Shown here in pieces: positions 34,853 through 48,704 of a stretch of 64,000 bases of DNA. This DNA comes from Marsupella aquatica (taxonomy: Eukaryota > Plantae > Marchantiophyta). The notes below the pieces were generated by a model. It had not been told where the DNA came from and made no database searches. It was given only the letters and a program-made list of their open reading frames with translations. The position numbers were made by a program, and so were the translations under genes. The stretch is from contig OZ316899.1 of NCBI GenBank assembly GCA_973895155.1, positions 7,939,241 to 8,003,240 on the forward strand, written 5' to 3'. Positions within the stretch are counted from its first letter, which is position 1, and every line of letters starts with the position of its first letter.

Positions 34853-36250
34853 ACAACCGCTACTCAACGGTCCTCACAGTCTGCACAAGCAACCGAACAC
34901 CTCAGTAAGTAACCCTTCAGGATCTGGAACTCGCCAAGTCTAGCATCCTAACTCAAGCTCAATAGACATTGGTAAATAGGTTAGTGATAGGTCCTCCCGA
35001 TGCCATAAGCCGGAACCAGAACCCACGCCCACTGTTCGTCCAGAACAGCTCCTTCCATGGATGCGGTCTGGGTTCCCCCTCATACCTATCCATCACCAAC
35101 TGACCACCTTCATCTCAAGACATGCTCATGGCCCAAATAGCGTAGCTTGTCCTAAAGCTTGTCCCAAGCTTGTCCTAACACGCCGGGACCAAAATGGCCC
35201 CGCCCCTAGCAACCGACTCCTGATTTGCCTCACTGACAGTCTAAGGACCGAGCACTCTTGGAACTCAACCTCCATACCTACTTGGCCTTGCCTCCCCAAC
35301 GCAAGCTCCCTTGGGAGACTGAACGCGGCTTGGCTGTTGTTTGGCAAGATTTGGCAAGCGGGCAAGTTAACACCCGCAAACCCCAAGAACTCATGGTGTC
35401 CCCAGACCCATCTGAGCTCAGGAGGGCGTATCCCTCCTTGAAAGATTTTTAACGCATCCAAGAAGTCCTCCAGCGGACTTCCCGTTGGGAAGATATCGTG
35501 GTTTCCGTTTGGCGGTTTCCCTTAGTGTCGCGACCGCAGCGGCTCACGACTTCGGCTCGCCCTTAGCCCCCAGGGAGACACCACTCCCCTCATATATGCT
35601 TCTGGAGACCTACCACCCCCGAACCAGCTTTGGTCCCTAAACATTTGGCCCCCAACCCGGATCCTATTGCGCATAATGGGCGCGCCACCAACTGGTAACG
35701 CCCATAACTTTCTCGTTAGGCATCCGCAAGCGGGTTGCCTTAACCTGTTGTGATTGGGCCGACCCAATGCTTATGTCTAGGCCCTCAGGTCTCATTGCCG
35801 CTTGGGGCCCCCGATCGGCCCAACCCGGATAGGGCCATAATTTGCGCCCAAAGCGTCCGTTGCCCATGGCGTCAACTGCATGGGCCTTGGGCCCAAGAGG
35901 AGCTCACACCCAAGCCCTCAAAACTCAAGGTCCAGAAGGTTGTCCTTGAGCCCGGCCCATTTCCCCTTGCCCCAACCCGCTCTCAGCTAGCCCAAGTCCT
36001 TAGTGTGTGTCACCAGCTTGGCTCCTTGCCTTTGCTAGCGCCACGCCTCGTCGCTCACAAGTCTCCCCATGCTAAGTCCTCCCCGGATGGCCTATCCGGG
36101 CCTGGACCATAAGGGAGCTTGGCGTCGGAGTCAGCGATGCCGGAGCTAAGTGTTAAGGTAGTCAAGTTCTGCGACTTGAAAACTCTTGGGATCTTCAAAC
36201 CATCCACTGCACAAGAAATTCTTGTCACCACTGTGTCACCTCCCAGGCAT

Positions 36251-36557
36251 GCTCTGATATCACTTGTTGGAAATAATCCTTATCTCAAGACACCATGCAC
36301 ATGTGAACACCATACAAAGTAGTTGACACACCGAGTACGTGGTTCACCTCATGATCGAGGCTACGTCCACGGGAAAGCAAGAGACATTTACTTCTTTCTT
36401 GCTCAACTCCAACAATGAACTGAAGATCCACCAAGGACTGGCACCAGCCCTGGCTATATACACAACAACACTACCGATAACCTTAGCTAAGTCCTAACCT
36501 GAGTTAGCCTAACTATGGTTAGCTCAAGAGTCACAAGACTAAGAGCAATACCTAACA
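36251..36557 (-). mobile_element. Short LTR (36265-36557) plus tRNA-iMet PBS of an old element whose body extends leftward
   Basis: TGTTGG...CTAACA; GCTCTGATATCA at 36251-36262 reads TGATATCAGAGC on the minus strand, one mismatch from TGGTATCAGAGC. Confidence 0.7.
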
Positions 36558-38458
36558 TTGTACAGGTGCGGAGGATACCAAGGTTTCCTCTTGGATCACG
36601 GCCTCTAGTTTGGGGCCAGCTTCAACCCGATCAGCTGTGATTGCATGGGCCTGGTTTCAGGCATCCAGGGTTGCAATATATAACCACCAAGTCCGGAACA
36701 GAAGAAGGTGCCCCACCAGTTGTTTTTGGGGTCGGGGTGGACACCACAAGCGCTAGACTTTGGCTCTAGGGTTGCGGCCGCCTCTCCTGAGCCGGGAAGA
36801 CCCACCTAGCCGGAGTGAGTTCGGGCTTGTTGCACCTTGGGAGGGTTTTTTGGTTGAAACAGGCATACTACTCAAGGATGATCTTGATTTGGCTTGCGAG
36901 GTATGCCTTCCCCCCGAGGTACAAGGTCTTCCTTCGTCATTCCATCTCCTTGTGGAACTTCTTGACGAAGAAAGAAGCCCACTTCCTAGGCTGGTAGTTC
37001 TCAACCTGGATCACCTAGGCGGTGGATACCTCGCCCCGTAGCTCCATCATAGGGAGGGCATACCTCTGAAACTCTAGCCGCTCCGCAATCTCCAAGATGA
37101 GGCATGTCCTCATTAGGAAGCCGTTTTCCACCGAACCCTTGGCCGGGAATCTAGAAGATTGGTACTTTGCTCCCTTGCCCCCTAGGGCTCGTGATTCTAC
37201 CCGATTTTGTCCCTCAAGTAGACCAAAGATGAGCTTTAGTTGCTCCTCGGTCAAGGACATTATCCGTCCGTGCGCACGGGTTTGTTGACGGGCCTCGTCA
37301 AAGTTCAAGATGAACTCCGTCATATCTTGCCCGTAGTACCTGCAAGTGTTCCAAGGGAGGGCGGCAAGGTGTTCAAACCCTTGGGTCTTCAGGTAAGATG
37401 CATGCTTCGGGTGGAGAATGTTTTTGTGGACATTCTCCCCCATGCAATGCATGGTCAACTTGGCCACTACGACGGTGGCCACAGTTAAGCCGGATATTGC
37501 GGCCGGCTCCTTTCTCTTATGGGGTGCGTCCCATGGCTCTCTAAACCCAAGAACCCTCCCTGAACAAGCCGATTCCCACCGGTTTCTCGCTTGCCAAGGC
37601 CGATTCCACGGTTTATCGGCATAGGACGTTGCTAACCCCTCTCTACTTATTAACCACATATACTGGAGAGATCTTTCATCGGGTCATGAGATATGCACCC
37701 GGCCTACTCTAGGCCTCTCCTTACTCTCTTCTATTGGTCTCCCTTCAAGTATGTTTGGATTCCGCCCCCAAAATGATCTCCAATTGGCTTGGGTAGCCGC
37801 TAAGATCCCTCTCAGCTCCACACATCCAACTCTTCCCGCTTCTAAACTTCCTTTCTGTCTTTGGTTGATGTGGGCAATCTTCATACAAGTTGATGCAACA
37901 CACAATTAAAAAGATGACTCCTACTGACTAAGGTATGCCATGCCATTGCCATACAAGGAGTACTTCTCATACATAAGGTCTGCGAACTAAGCCCGAAGGC
38001 CAATTCTATTCAGCTCTTAGGCATGAGGAAACATAAATGTACACAAGGGTCACAACATAACTAACCTAGAGCTTCTCTTTACTAATTGATTCTAGCCTTG
38101 CTGGTGCACTAAAAACTTGCTTAAGAAGAAGGCCCTATGGTCTCCGCTGCCCAGGTATTTATCCCGGTAGCTTACCTACCTATTTCCTTGCTGCATAAGC
38201 CAAATCCACCCCAAGTGGAACCTACCTATGTACAACGGGGCAAAAGCACAAGTGTTGCTGATCTGCAATCCCACTAATCTAAGTGTCAGGGCCGCTTCTT
38301 GGTCCTGATCCTAATCCTAAATTTGGAGGTCCATGCCCGCTCTGCCCACTCACGCCTCCTACCTCCACGTCCGCCCTCTCTAAAAGGGAAGGCGCCCTTA
38401 CACCATCACGACGCTGGTGGCTGGTCCTCAATGGACACCCCCATCCTTCCTCGATGGT

Positions 38459-40809
38459 AGTAGTGGACCTAGCCACCCAGCGCCCTCACCAATCCTAGCA
38501 CTCACACCTAAGTGCCCCTGGTGCCCGAACGCCTCCACATAATACCTCGAGCAAGCACCCCAGTGCCCCTTGCACCGCCAGCGGCCCCTCCCATACAAAG
38601 CCGCACTTGCTCTCCAACACGACCGCTACTCAATAGTCCTCACTGTCTGCACAAGCAACCAAGCACCTCGGTAAGTAACCCTTCAGGATCTAGAACTCGC
38701 CAAGTCTAGCATCCTAACTCAAGCTCAACAGACATTGGTAAATAGGTCAGCGATAGGTCCTTCTGATGCCATAAGTCGGAACCATAACCCGCGCCCATTG
38801 TTCGTCTAGAACAGCTCCTTCCTTGGGCGCGGTCCGGGTTCCCCCTTGTACCTATCCATCACCAATTGACCGCCCTGACCCCAGGACATGCTCATGGCCC
38901 AAGTAGCATAGCTTGTCCTAAAGCTTGTCCCAACACGTCGGGACCAGAATGGCCCCGACTCTAGCAACCAACTCCCGATTTGCCTCACTAATGGTCTAGG
39001 GGCCAAACACTCTTGGAACTCAACCTCCACACCTACTTGGCCTTGCCTCCCCAACGTAAGCTCCCTTGGGAGCCCCTTGGGAGACTAAACACGGTTTGGC
39101 TGCTGTTTGGCAGGATTTGGCAAGCGGACGAGTTAACACCCGTAAACCTTGATAACCCATGGTTCCCCTAGACCCAGATGATCTCAGGAGGTCATAGCCC
39201 TTGTCAAGAGCTTTCCAACGCACCCAAGAAGTCCTCCAACGGACTTCCCGTTGAGAAGATATTGTCATTTCTGTTTGACGGTTTCCTTTAGTGTCGCGAC
39301 CGCCACGGCTCACGACTTTGGCTCGCCCTTAGCCCCCAGGGAGACACCACTCCCCTCATATATGCTTTTGGAGACTTGCCACCCCCGGACCAGCTTTGGT
39401 CCCTAAACATTTGGCCCCCAACCCAAATCCTATCGCGCATAATGGGCGCGCCACCAACTAGCAACGCTGTCGTGCCGAAAGATTTCGGATCAGGAATGGC
39501 TTTTATAGGGGATGATGGGCGAGGCCTCCCGGTTGGGTTGCGTGCATGCTGACTCAGAGGGGCTGCTTGGTTGGATGGATTGAGGTTTGGTGATTGGATG
39601 ACTCGTCATCACCAGGTTTGGTGTTTGGGTGAGTCACCAGGCTTGGAGTTTGGATGAGCCTCGCTGCTGGCAGCTGGCTCAGGCTGGATGGTTGGGTTTC
39701 CGATGCTACTTAAGACTTGAGCCTCGGCTCATTGAGGTTGGCGTTTATCTATTGAGATCTGTTGAGTTGCGCTCTGTGAGTTTCGCTCCGTTCTGCGGAA
39801 CTCGACTGTTGTGCGGCAGTTTTGGAGTTCTGAGTGAGTTTTCGATCCAGGTGGGGAGTTTTTGATCCAGGCGGGGAATTTCTTGAGTCTGGAGTCTCGT
39901 TGATCCAGGCGGGGATTTCTCAATTTTGGAGTCTTGTCGATCCAGGCGAGGATTTCTCGAGTTTGGAGCCTTGTTGGTCCAGGCCCGAGTTCCGTGCGAG
40001 CTGTTTTAGACTAGTGGAGTAGCTAGTCAAGTTTTTGGTTTTGTGAGCTAAGGAGGATAGTTTTTCCGTCAGATTTTTGAGTAGTTAGTCACTCGAGGAG
40101 TTCTACTCGACAAGTTAGAGGTAGCGGCCCACCGTAGGGCCAACTACCAGACTCTTGCGGGCAACCTTACTCGAGGGCACCTATTGTAACCTTTGTGAGA
40201 AAAGTAAAAAATATAAAGGAGTGAGAGTTTGCTCCGAAAAGTGCTTGTCACCTATCCCAATCGCAGCCATAAACGCGTAGTTTGCCCAAGGAGCCCCTAA
40301 CTTTAAGTCCTCGCGACAACGCCCATAACTTTCTCGTTAGGCATCTGCAAGCGGAGTGTCTTACCCCGTTGTGATCGGGCCAATCTAGTGCTCATGCCTA
40401 GGCCCTCAGGTCTCATTGCCGCTCGGGGCCCCTGATCGGCCCAACCTAGATCGGGGCATAACTTGCACCCCAAGCGTCCATTGCCCATGACGTCAACTCC
40501 ATGGGCCTTGGGCCCAAGAGGAGCTCATACTCAAGCCCTCAGAACTCAAAGTCCATCCGGAGATCCGGACGGTCGTCCTTGAGCCCGGCCCATTTCCCCT
40601 TGACCTAACTAGCTCTCAACTAGTCCAAGTCCTTAGTGTGTGTCACCAGCTTGGCTCCTTGCCTTCGCTAGCACCACGTCTCATTGCCCACAAGTCTCCT
40701 CATGCTAAGTCCTCCCCGGATGGCCTATTCGGGCCTGGACCATAAGGGAGCTTGGCGTTGGAGTCAGCGACGCCGGAGCTAAGTGTTAAGGTAGTTGAGT
40801 TCCGCGACT
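38459..40809. mobile_element. Family C unit, copy 3, interrupted by a B solo LTR
   Basis: AGTAGTGGACC...GTTCCGCGACT; colinear with copies 1 and 2. Confidence 0.85.
39468..40318 (+). mobile_element. Solo LTR of family B (851 bp)
   Basis: Homologous to 11762-12573; perfect 4-bp TSD ACGC. Confidence 0.95.
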
Positions 40810-40914
40810 GCGGCCAATGTAGGCTTCCCGTCCTCTGACAGGTTACCCACTCCTGGCCGGGTCAACCCATCTTTGGCATGTCCGGGCTCCACCCTTACTT
40901 CAGCCTTGGCTTCC

Positions 40915-43900
40915 TCAACTTGTGCCTGTTTGGCGCACTTCTGCCACCCCGACTTCTGTCTGTGTGGCTTTTGCCTGTGGGGGTTCCACCCCTATGGCTT
41001 TTGTACTGTCCTTCCCGGCATCGGCTACCCTGCCGTAGTGGTCCTCCTCAAAGGCTTGTTCTATGAGTTGGGTTGTCTTGTCCTCCCAAGGTTGCGGTTG
41101 ATACCGATCAATGGTTGGCAACTTTGAGTCAGTGCCTGTCATGGCCTCCCCCAACCAGTCTTCTTGGCCTACCTCCAAGACTGCTTCCTTGACAGCCACA
41201 ACCTCGCACAAGGCCGGTGCCATGCTCTCCACCTCAGCCACAGTGGCCTAACAAATGGTGTGGCTCCCTGACCCAGAAGGCTTCCACTTTCTGTCCTTCC
41301 CCTCCCAAGCAGCTAGTGCCTTCCCCTTGCCACTTACTTCCAGCAAAGGTGAGGGTACCACAGCTTGTCGCTTGGTCAGTACCACGCCCTGCCACCCTAT
41401 TGCTGCCACCGGGGGTCCACTTGTTGCGGCCAGCCGATTTAGCTCCTCAGACTGCTTCTTCCATCGCTCAGCTTGGTTGTCTGTCCGCCTCTGCAGATTT
41501 TCCATCTTCTGGGTGGCGTCCTCCAATTCCACCAGGGTCTCGTCTAAATCCCCACGGGCTTGCTCCAACTCTACTAGGTTCTCGTCCAACTCCTTCTGTA
41601 AGGCCGCCCTTTCCTCTTGGGTTGCTTTCAGCTCCGCATTGAGCTCATGGACGACATCAAAGTAACTTGATCTTATTCATTTTTTTGTAGGTTTGATCAA
41701 GCATGTCATCCTTCTTACGCAGCTCGGCTTGAAAGTTGGCCGACAGGTCCTCAAGGTCTTCTTTTAACTTGTCGATGCCCCTGTAGGTCTCATCAAGTTT
41801 GCCTTTCTTCTGATGGAGGGCCTTGCGGCATTCTTTGATCTCATCCTTCAGTGCCCGCTCCTTCCTCTAAGCCTCGGTCATGGCTTTGTTGTAGGCCGTT
41901 ATGTGAGTTGCCTCTGCCTTCTTCAGCTCCTACTTCCACTTCTCCTTCTCCTTAAGGGCTTTGGCCAAATCTTCTTGAGTGTGGGCTAGTTGCCCCTGCA
42001 TGATGCTTATTTCATGCTTCCTAACTCGTAGCTCGTCCTGGGCCTACTTGGCCGCCTTTAAATCTTCGGCCTCGGCTTCCTTCTCTCTTAGCCGCCGGAT
42101 GACTTCCTCCTTCTTCATCCTCTCCAAGGCCAGTGCGTCCTCCAACCGGATTTTCTCCGACATCTCTTTGTGGACGAAAGGCCCCGTCTCCAATTCTACC
42201 CCAAAGATGTCAAGGGCGAGTATCCCGCACATCCTCCCATACTCCAGGGCTCTGGAACGTGCATAGGTGGAGTGGTTAGGAGATGTTGGCATCTCCCAAC
42301 ACGGCCTTCTTTCCCAAGCCGCCCTCCATATCTCATCAAACGTGGGCAAAGACCCGGCTTGAGTCCCTGCGAGATGCCAAATGTCCTCCGGTCATCCTCC
42401 ACCTGGCAAATCCTTCTTCTTGGCCAGGGTTGCTTCCTCCCGGTCACTCAATCGCTGCTGCAACTCGTGATCAGCCTGTTGTCTCTCATTGTAATTTGGA
42501 GGAGGTATGTCTGATGGGGAAGACTCTGGGCTCTTCTGATGTTGTGGATCCCCATGCACCACTCTTGGAAGTGTGGGGATAAAATGGCCGCAGGTCCGCA
42601 CCCCTGGTACTGAGCAATCCAACCCGTAACCCAAGTCCTCGTGGTATTCCTCCACGTGCTCCCCTGCTTTTGGGCATCCTGGTGCTTGCTGATCCTCTCT
42701 AGGACTAGCCGCAAACCCGGCATCCTGCCTGGTACTATGCATGCGTGCGGCTCTTCCAACTCCCGCACCCGGCCTTTGCTTTCCTTTTCAGGATTGGGAA
42801 CCCTGGGTCCATGTCCCTCGGATTCTGAACTGGAGTCTCCTACGTACCTCCGTACTCCCGACTCTTTTTCCGGCCTGCTTCTCTTCATGGCCCCAACCAT
42901 GGGTTCTCCTCTAGCGGTTCATGCGGTGCCCGCTACTAGTGCCTCTGGTGCTACTGCCGCCTTCTCCTTCTTCAGTATCTGTAGAAGGTTCTGTATGGCC
43001 GGTTGTTGCATCGGCCTAGGTTTTGGCGTCTGCCAAAAGATTGGAGCTATTGTGGGGCTGCCGGGTGGGTCGGGCTTCTTTGCTGTTGGCTTTGGCTCAA
43101 ACTCCTCTTCTGGCGCTCTTGCCTGTAGGGGAAGGATTGGGGCAAAGATTTGACTTCGGGCATACCGGCACAACAACGGCATATGATAACCAAGCCAGGA
43201 CACGCTCCCTTGGCTAATCACTTGTTGCTCCTCCTTCAATATCTTCCTTAGTTGGTTGAGGAGGTACCCGTTGTAGTCTTGGCTTGGGTCTAGCCTCTCT
43301 GCCACATATACCCGTGCTTTGCCAATCTCCGGCCTCGACAAGTTACAATGCATTGTCACCCGCAAGAAATCGATCATTTCTCGAATATGCAGGTTAGTGC
43401 AAGTGTTGCGGAAGAAGCCATTCTTTGTTGATGGCCCGGGGAACAATCTAAACTCCTTGTCCGACAAGTTCTTCCGGGTTTCTACCTTAGTTAGCCTTGT
43501 TGCCCATCGGCAAGCCAAATACTTTGGCAATCACGTTGGAGGTGAGATAGAAGTCCCTCTCGTAGATCTTGATTGAGCTGGACTCGTGGTCCCATGATCC
43601 CACAAATTCCAGTAAGTCTGACTCTGGCACCTCTGGCTTCAGCCACGGCAATCTAACAAAGGTCTCTAAGCTTGATCCGGCCATAAGCCTTGATACTTTT
43701 TGGTCTGCATGGTTGTGAAACATGCATCCTCATCTTGTGCAAAATGTAGCTGCACTGCCGGTGGTATCATTGTCGCCCAGCCCTTCCAAGTGTCATCTTG
43801 GGTAGGGACGACATTTACTAGGTCAACTTCTGGTTCCTCGGCTCCCTCCTCTCTCTGGTTCCCTTGTTTGGCCGGCCTTCTTGATATTGCTGACCTCGTC

Positions 43901-44403
43901 CTCTTGGCTGGTGTGTTTTCTTCGTTGTTGGCCATCTTTCTCTTCATTTTAGCCGCTCCGGACGATTCTCCCAACACTGTTGCTTTCATCCACGCCGCCG
44001 TGCAGCCCTTCAGGTCCCAATGTTTGTCGCTGCAATTGTTGGTGGCCTGCCGGATGCCAAAAATTTTGTTGTCTTGAATTAGAAGATCATTGAGCTCATT
44101 GGCAGTAGGTGTCCACAAGAATTCAGCCTTGATGAATTCTCCTCCTAAGAAGGCCAACTTCTGCAATTCCCATAGCCAAGCAAGCTCCTGTTGCTCACGG
44201 GCTGCTCTTTCTGATTCTTCCTCCTCGTAGGTCCCAACGTACTCACTTGCCCGTTTGAACAGGCATCCCCAGAAATGTGCCACTTGATTGATGTTGCTCA
44301 TTCCCTCCTCTGTCGTTGCTTGGTAGCTGCTTATGCCCCCATGTTCTCCTTTGTAACTAACAGTCGTTGGCTTCTGTTTGCACTTTGTTTGATCAAGGTG
44401 CAA
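40915..44403 (-). pseudogene. G ORF cassette: ORF1, accessory domain (42919-43723) and long coiled coil (about 41250-42200)
   Basis: FVRLPW..LLEFVGSWD..IAKVFGLP..NGFFRNTC..IDFLR..WLGYH matches E ORF2; E/K/A-rich heptads; multiple stops. Confidence 0.65.
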
Positions 44404-45040
44404 ATGTGAGCCTCCTTTACCCCCCTTCCGGCCTGCGCTACTCGTCTCATTTACTGATTACTGGCAGTAGCCAACATTAGCGTGCCTTAACCCTAATCGC
44501 AACCCTTAGTGGCCGTTACTCCTCTTACTCCCGGCCTTGGCTCGGGTTCCATGTATACCCTTAAGTGTTTATGGTTCTATCGTCTTTTTCTCCTTATACT
44601 AGTGGATTTATTGTATACCACCCAGTTTTACCTTTTACACAGCCCAGTGATTCCTGGCTAGGCATCACATCTTCCTACTCCAAGATTGGTTCCTGGGGTG
44701 GCTCATGGAGGGGGACATCTCCCCCTCTTCTCTATCTGGCGGTGGTATTGCTACCGCCATTAGAATTGGTGTCGGGGCTGCAACCATCATCACGTTGTCT
44801 ACCGGGGCCGCCTCCCGGGTTTGGGCTTGTGGGGACGGCGATGTGTTACCCATCCCAGGTTGGTGCATCCCTGGTGGTTTCTAGACAAGAGGTGGAGGAA
44901 CCTCCTCATCCTCTGAGCTCAGGTTCACCGCGTTCACCACGGATTGTACCCGAGCGGGGAGTGCAACCAGTGGTGGGGAGCGGCTTGAGGGTGCCCGGGG
45001 TGGGGTCTGCGCCTGTGCACTGGCCGTCGATGTTGCTGGA

Positions 45041-48000
45041 TGTCGCGCCGCTAAGTCGGGCCTTAAATCCAGTTTAGTTCTATGGGGCGACCTCGACCAC
45101 CAGTAAGGGTGAGGGTTCGGGCAAGGAGGTGTGTAGTGGCCATGATTAGCCCTAAGTCGGGCCAAATCGATATACTTATTGGTATAATATTTACGCAACT
45201 TGTACTGGTCATAGGTATATTTGTTTTCCACCGCTGGAATATTCTCACAGTTAGTGACTCGGACTAACTCCCGGCTTGGGGCTTTCAAGCCATCGACGCG
45301 ACAGAACCTTGTGACATGCAATGGGTGGCAATCCCTACCATTAGTCCGCACCCGGTACGTCCCTTGAAATGGCGCCTTTGCCCAGACAAAGCATGCCCCA
45401 ACACCAATTACTCGTGGAGACATTAGAGGGAGAAGACTACATTTACTCAGCGAAGAATCAGGTTACATAGTTGACTCGACTTCTAAGGGGGTCAGCGGGC
45501 CCAACGGCAGTCGATGCCCAGTCTCTACGAGGCCCCGCCTTGCACTTGCCCAACAAGCTCAACTCTGGCTCTCACTCCTTAGTGCACTCTGACCCTGCTC
45601 AGGCCGGGACTTCCCGTGCCTCGCCTTTCCTTGCGCTGAGATAACTAAGCCTTCTCCCCTTCCCCACAGAGGGAGGGGAAGCCTAAATACCATGGTTGCA
45701 AAAAGGAACCGAAAGATTCTTCCTACTACGCCGCTACTCGTCGCCTAATGACAGTATTATGTCGTTAAGCCTAATCAAAAAGATGCCGCTGACTCAACTG
45801 CCTTGCACGCCTGCTCCCACCCTTCGCTAACCACCCCTTACGTGTGTGTTGTGGTCGGACCAGGGTTTGTCCCCCTGTCGGGGTGAGACCTCAAGCCGCC
45901 TTGATCAGAGGTGGGCCTAGGTCTGGCCCGCTGGAGGACTAGCAGAGTAACGCGGTCCTGCAAGGCCTTGTTATCCCGGACCGCCTCCTCTGCCTTGTTT
46001 GCCGCCTCATCGGCCTCTGCTTGGAGCCGCGCTATGTCCAGATTGAGCTGGTTAATGGAGTCATAATGGGTCTGGTCCTGCGCCAGCAATTTATCCCGTT
46101 CGGCGGATAGACTAGCCACCTGCTGAGCTGCCTGTAGGAATTGGTTGTTGAGGTCGGTCAAGCTGGTAACCCGAGCCGAGGATTCTGAGCGCAACTGGAG
46201 CACGGTGTTGTCCAGTTTCTTGAGATCCGCTTGCGCCCCGCTCAACTCCTGGGTTAGTCCGTCCCGCTGTTTGATGGTGCGGACTAACTCCTCACGACGG
46301 GTAGTGGCCTCCTCCTCCAGGTGTTCTACCAACATTTGGAGGCGCCTGATCTTGTTCCCCTTTGCCATGAGCTCTTCCTCCAAGCGGCTTACGATCTGTG
46401 GTTGGTGTTCTAACATGAACAAGGCTGGTTGAAAGTACGCCGAAACTTGTTGTCCAATGTACGTCGCCAGCTCCCCGGACAGAGTCTGACTAAACTTTTG
46501 GACCAGGTCGTAGGCCATGGTTCCCGGGGCTACCTGGTAGTCCTCCATCCTCTTGGGTACCGGCGGTTCCTCGGGCGGGGTAGTGAGCTCCTCCGTAGTC
46601 TGCAATGGGGAGGGGAAGGTTTCTTCAGGTGGTGGAGGGATTGGAGGTGGTTGTACCGGGGGTAGCAACGGCTCGACAGGAGGGGGCGGTGGAATTTCAA
46701 CCCAGGGAGGTGACGGAGTATTAGTCATGGCCTCTGGCTCGGGGTTTGCTCGAGGCGAGGTAGTCCGCTCCCTCAGGGTAGCCTCCTCCGTAGCGGGGGT
46801 GACCTTAGTCGGGGCTGAGGTGGCCATATTCTTTCCCCTGGCCTCCCACCGTGCCTTGTACCAGGCAAGGATGATGGCGATATGACTTCCCAGGTAAGTT
46901 TTCCCCCCGACAACCATACCTCCCTAAGCTCGCTTAAGCTCCCCCGAGAACCTACGGTAAAAGAATTCCAGTTTCGCCGCTTGAACTGTTCCACTTGGAC
47001 GATCGTGTAGAGTGAAATCTCAGATTGTGGCTCAATCATGTGTAGGGTAGTCCGTATGAAGTTAAGCCGCTCCATACAGATTAAGTTGGTGCACGACCCC
47101 TGCTTGTATCCGTTGTTTGTCTTACCCTCGGGTTTGAAGTGCCGAGGTGTATACTCCTTATCCCAAATTCGGAGTTCAACCGACACTGGCCCGGTTGGCA
47201 GGCAGAATATCTGTGCTAGCCGATGCTCCGTGAGTGATAAGGTCTGCCCTGAAACCTTGGTGGTTGATGCGTCAGTATCAAAATTGGAGATGAACTCACA
47301 AATCTCCTTCGGCCCGGCTGCGCACAGTCTCCATAGCAAGTGAGCGAACTACGCCAACTGATGCTCCTTGAGATAGTTCGCATGGTCAAGTTTTTTGATT
47401 GCAATCCAGACTACCTCGGGGACGCGGATTACCTGTAATAAGTTAGACTTTGGATTATCCGCGGGCCGTCGGGTTTGGTTGGTTGGTGGGTTCGTCGGGG
47501 CAGGTGCAGGGGTGGCATTGGTTCACGTTGTTGGTTTGGGGGCCGGCATTGTTCTTGCCTACTTCCGAGAACGCTGCTCAAGCTGCGGACTAACACGCTC
47601 AAAACCCGAGGAATACTCGGTGTTGTTCACTGGACGGACTTGGGACTGGTTTGGTGGTACGCCGGTGGTCATCGGCTAAGGGGCTGGGGGTGGTGTCGGG
47701 GTAGCCATATTCCAGTTGAAGGCGTTGGAGCTTTCCCCGGGGAACGTAAGGTTACGCGTCGCTTCCCGTTGTCTACTGATGTCTTCTTCACGTTTCTCGG
47801 CTGCAATCTGCTGGTCGATGTATCCCAAAATCTTGTCAAACTTTGTTGGAGTCAGTCTCTGGCTGCCCCTTAGCCTAAAGAACTTTGCGGGGACTTCAAG
47901 AATCGCCTCTGCCATCGATCTGAACCCTTCCTCGTTGATATATAGCTCGGTGATGTAATCTCACAGCTCGTTGTAACTGGAATCCCTGGTGATGGCCGTC

Positions 48001-48704
48001 TTCTCACAGTTAACTTGTGCTACTTTGGCCACCAGCTTCGCGTATCTTCGTTCGTAAGCGGCTTTCTTGGGGCAAGAGTACCAGTAAGTCTCGGAGAGTT
48101 TAGCACCAACCTCGCCAAACAAGGTCCAAAATCCCAAGGCTGTAAGGGTCATACTAACCTCTGTAGTCTGGTTCGTCGAGTCCGCATTCCCGCCCGATCA
48201 GTCCGCTTGCTGGTGGAGGCCTTACTCGCCCTGACTAAATCTTGCCACAATCCGCTCTTATTCCTTGATAATTTCCTTGTAAAGGTCAGCTTGATTCGAG
48301 CCAAAGGCGAGAGTGAATGGCAGCATCCTCGAATCCCGAAAGGTAGAAATGAGCAAATGGCCCACAGCGCCATCGACTCCGCTCTTATAGGGGTGCCAGG
48401 GTGAGCTCGAGCATGAGAGGGCAAGGCCATTTTGGTCATTGATAATGAGCTAAAGTTGGCGTCTTGGTCCAAGCATGATTCTCCTAACAGATTTTTACTC
48501 CGCCGCTGCCACCGTACCTCGGTCGACCGTAATAATCCTCCTCCTTAATTTGTAATCATTCGGTCAACTAACCTACTCCTAATCTATTCATAATGGCAAA
48601 GACGGCTATTCATGCTATTCTACGCTACGGCTACGGTCCTAATGACCGTATAAATCCTAATCTATGACCTGCGTTCGGTTAAGTGACACGTTGCCCGTGT
48701 CACA
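45041..48704 (-). mobile_element. 3.66-kb solo-LTR-like unit F carrying ORFs
   Basis: TGTCGCG...GTGTCACA, perfect TSD CTGGA (45036-45040, 48705-48709), minus-strand TATAAG at 48384-48389. Confidence 0.85.
45838..47404 (-). pseudogene. F ORF2: accessory domain + Pro-rich linker + coiled coil (frameshifted)
   Basis: EFISNFD..LSLTEHRLAQIFCLP..NGY..GGKTYLGSHIAIILAWY versus E GGKAYFASHIKLILEWY. Confidence 0.7.

Larger units (their letters stand above)
32155..36176. mobile_element. Family C unit, copy 2, interrupted by element H
   Basis: AGTGGTGGACC...GTTCTGCGACT; flanks CAAAA/TGAAA are consistent with a CpG-decayed CGAAA TSD. Confidence 0.8.
37518..44669 (-). mobile_element. ~4.8-kb (net) LTR-like unit G with decayed ORF cassette; contains C copy 3
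   Basis: Right end reads TGTGATGCCTAGCCAGGAATCA on the minus strand, the same as the LTR start at 63747; left end approximate and TSD unclear. Confidence 0.65.

Noticed and set aside
32155-40809. C copies 2 and 3 as the LTR pair of one element
   Set aside because: Intervening DNA belongs to other elements, outer flanks do not match, and each copy has its own decayed TSD
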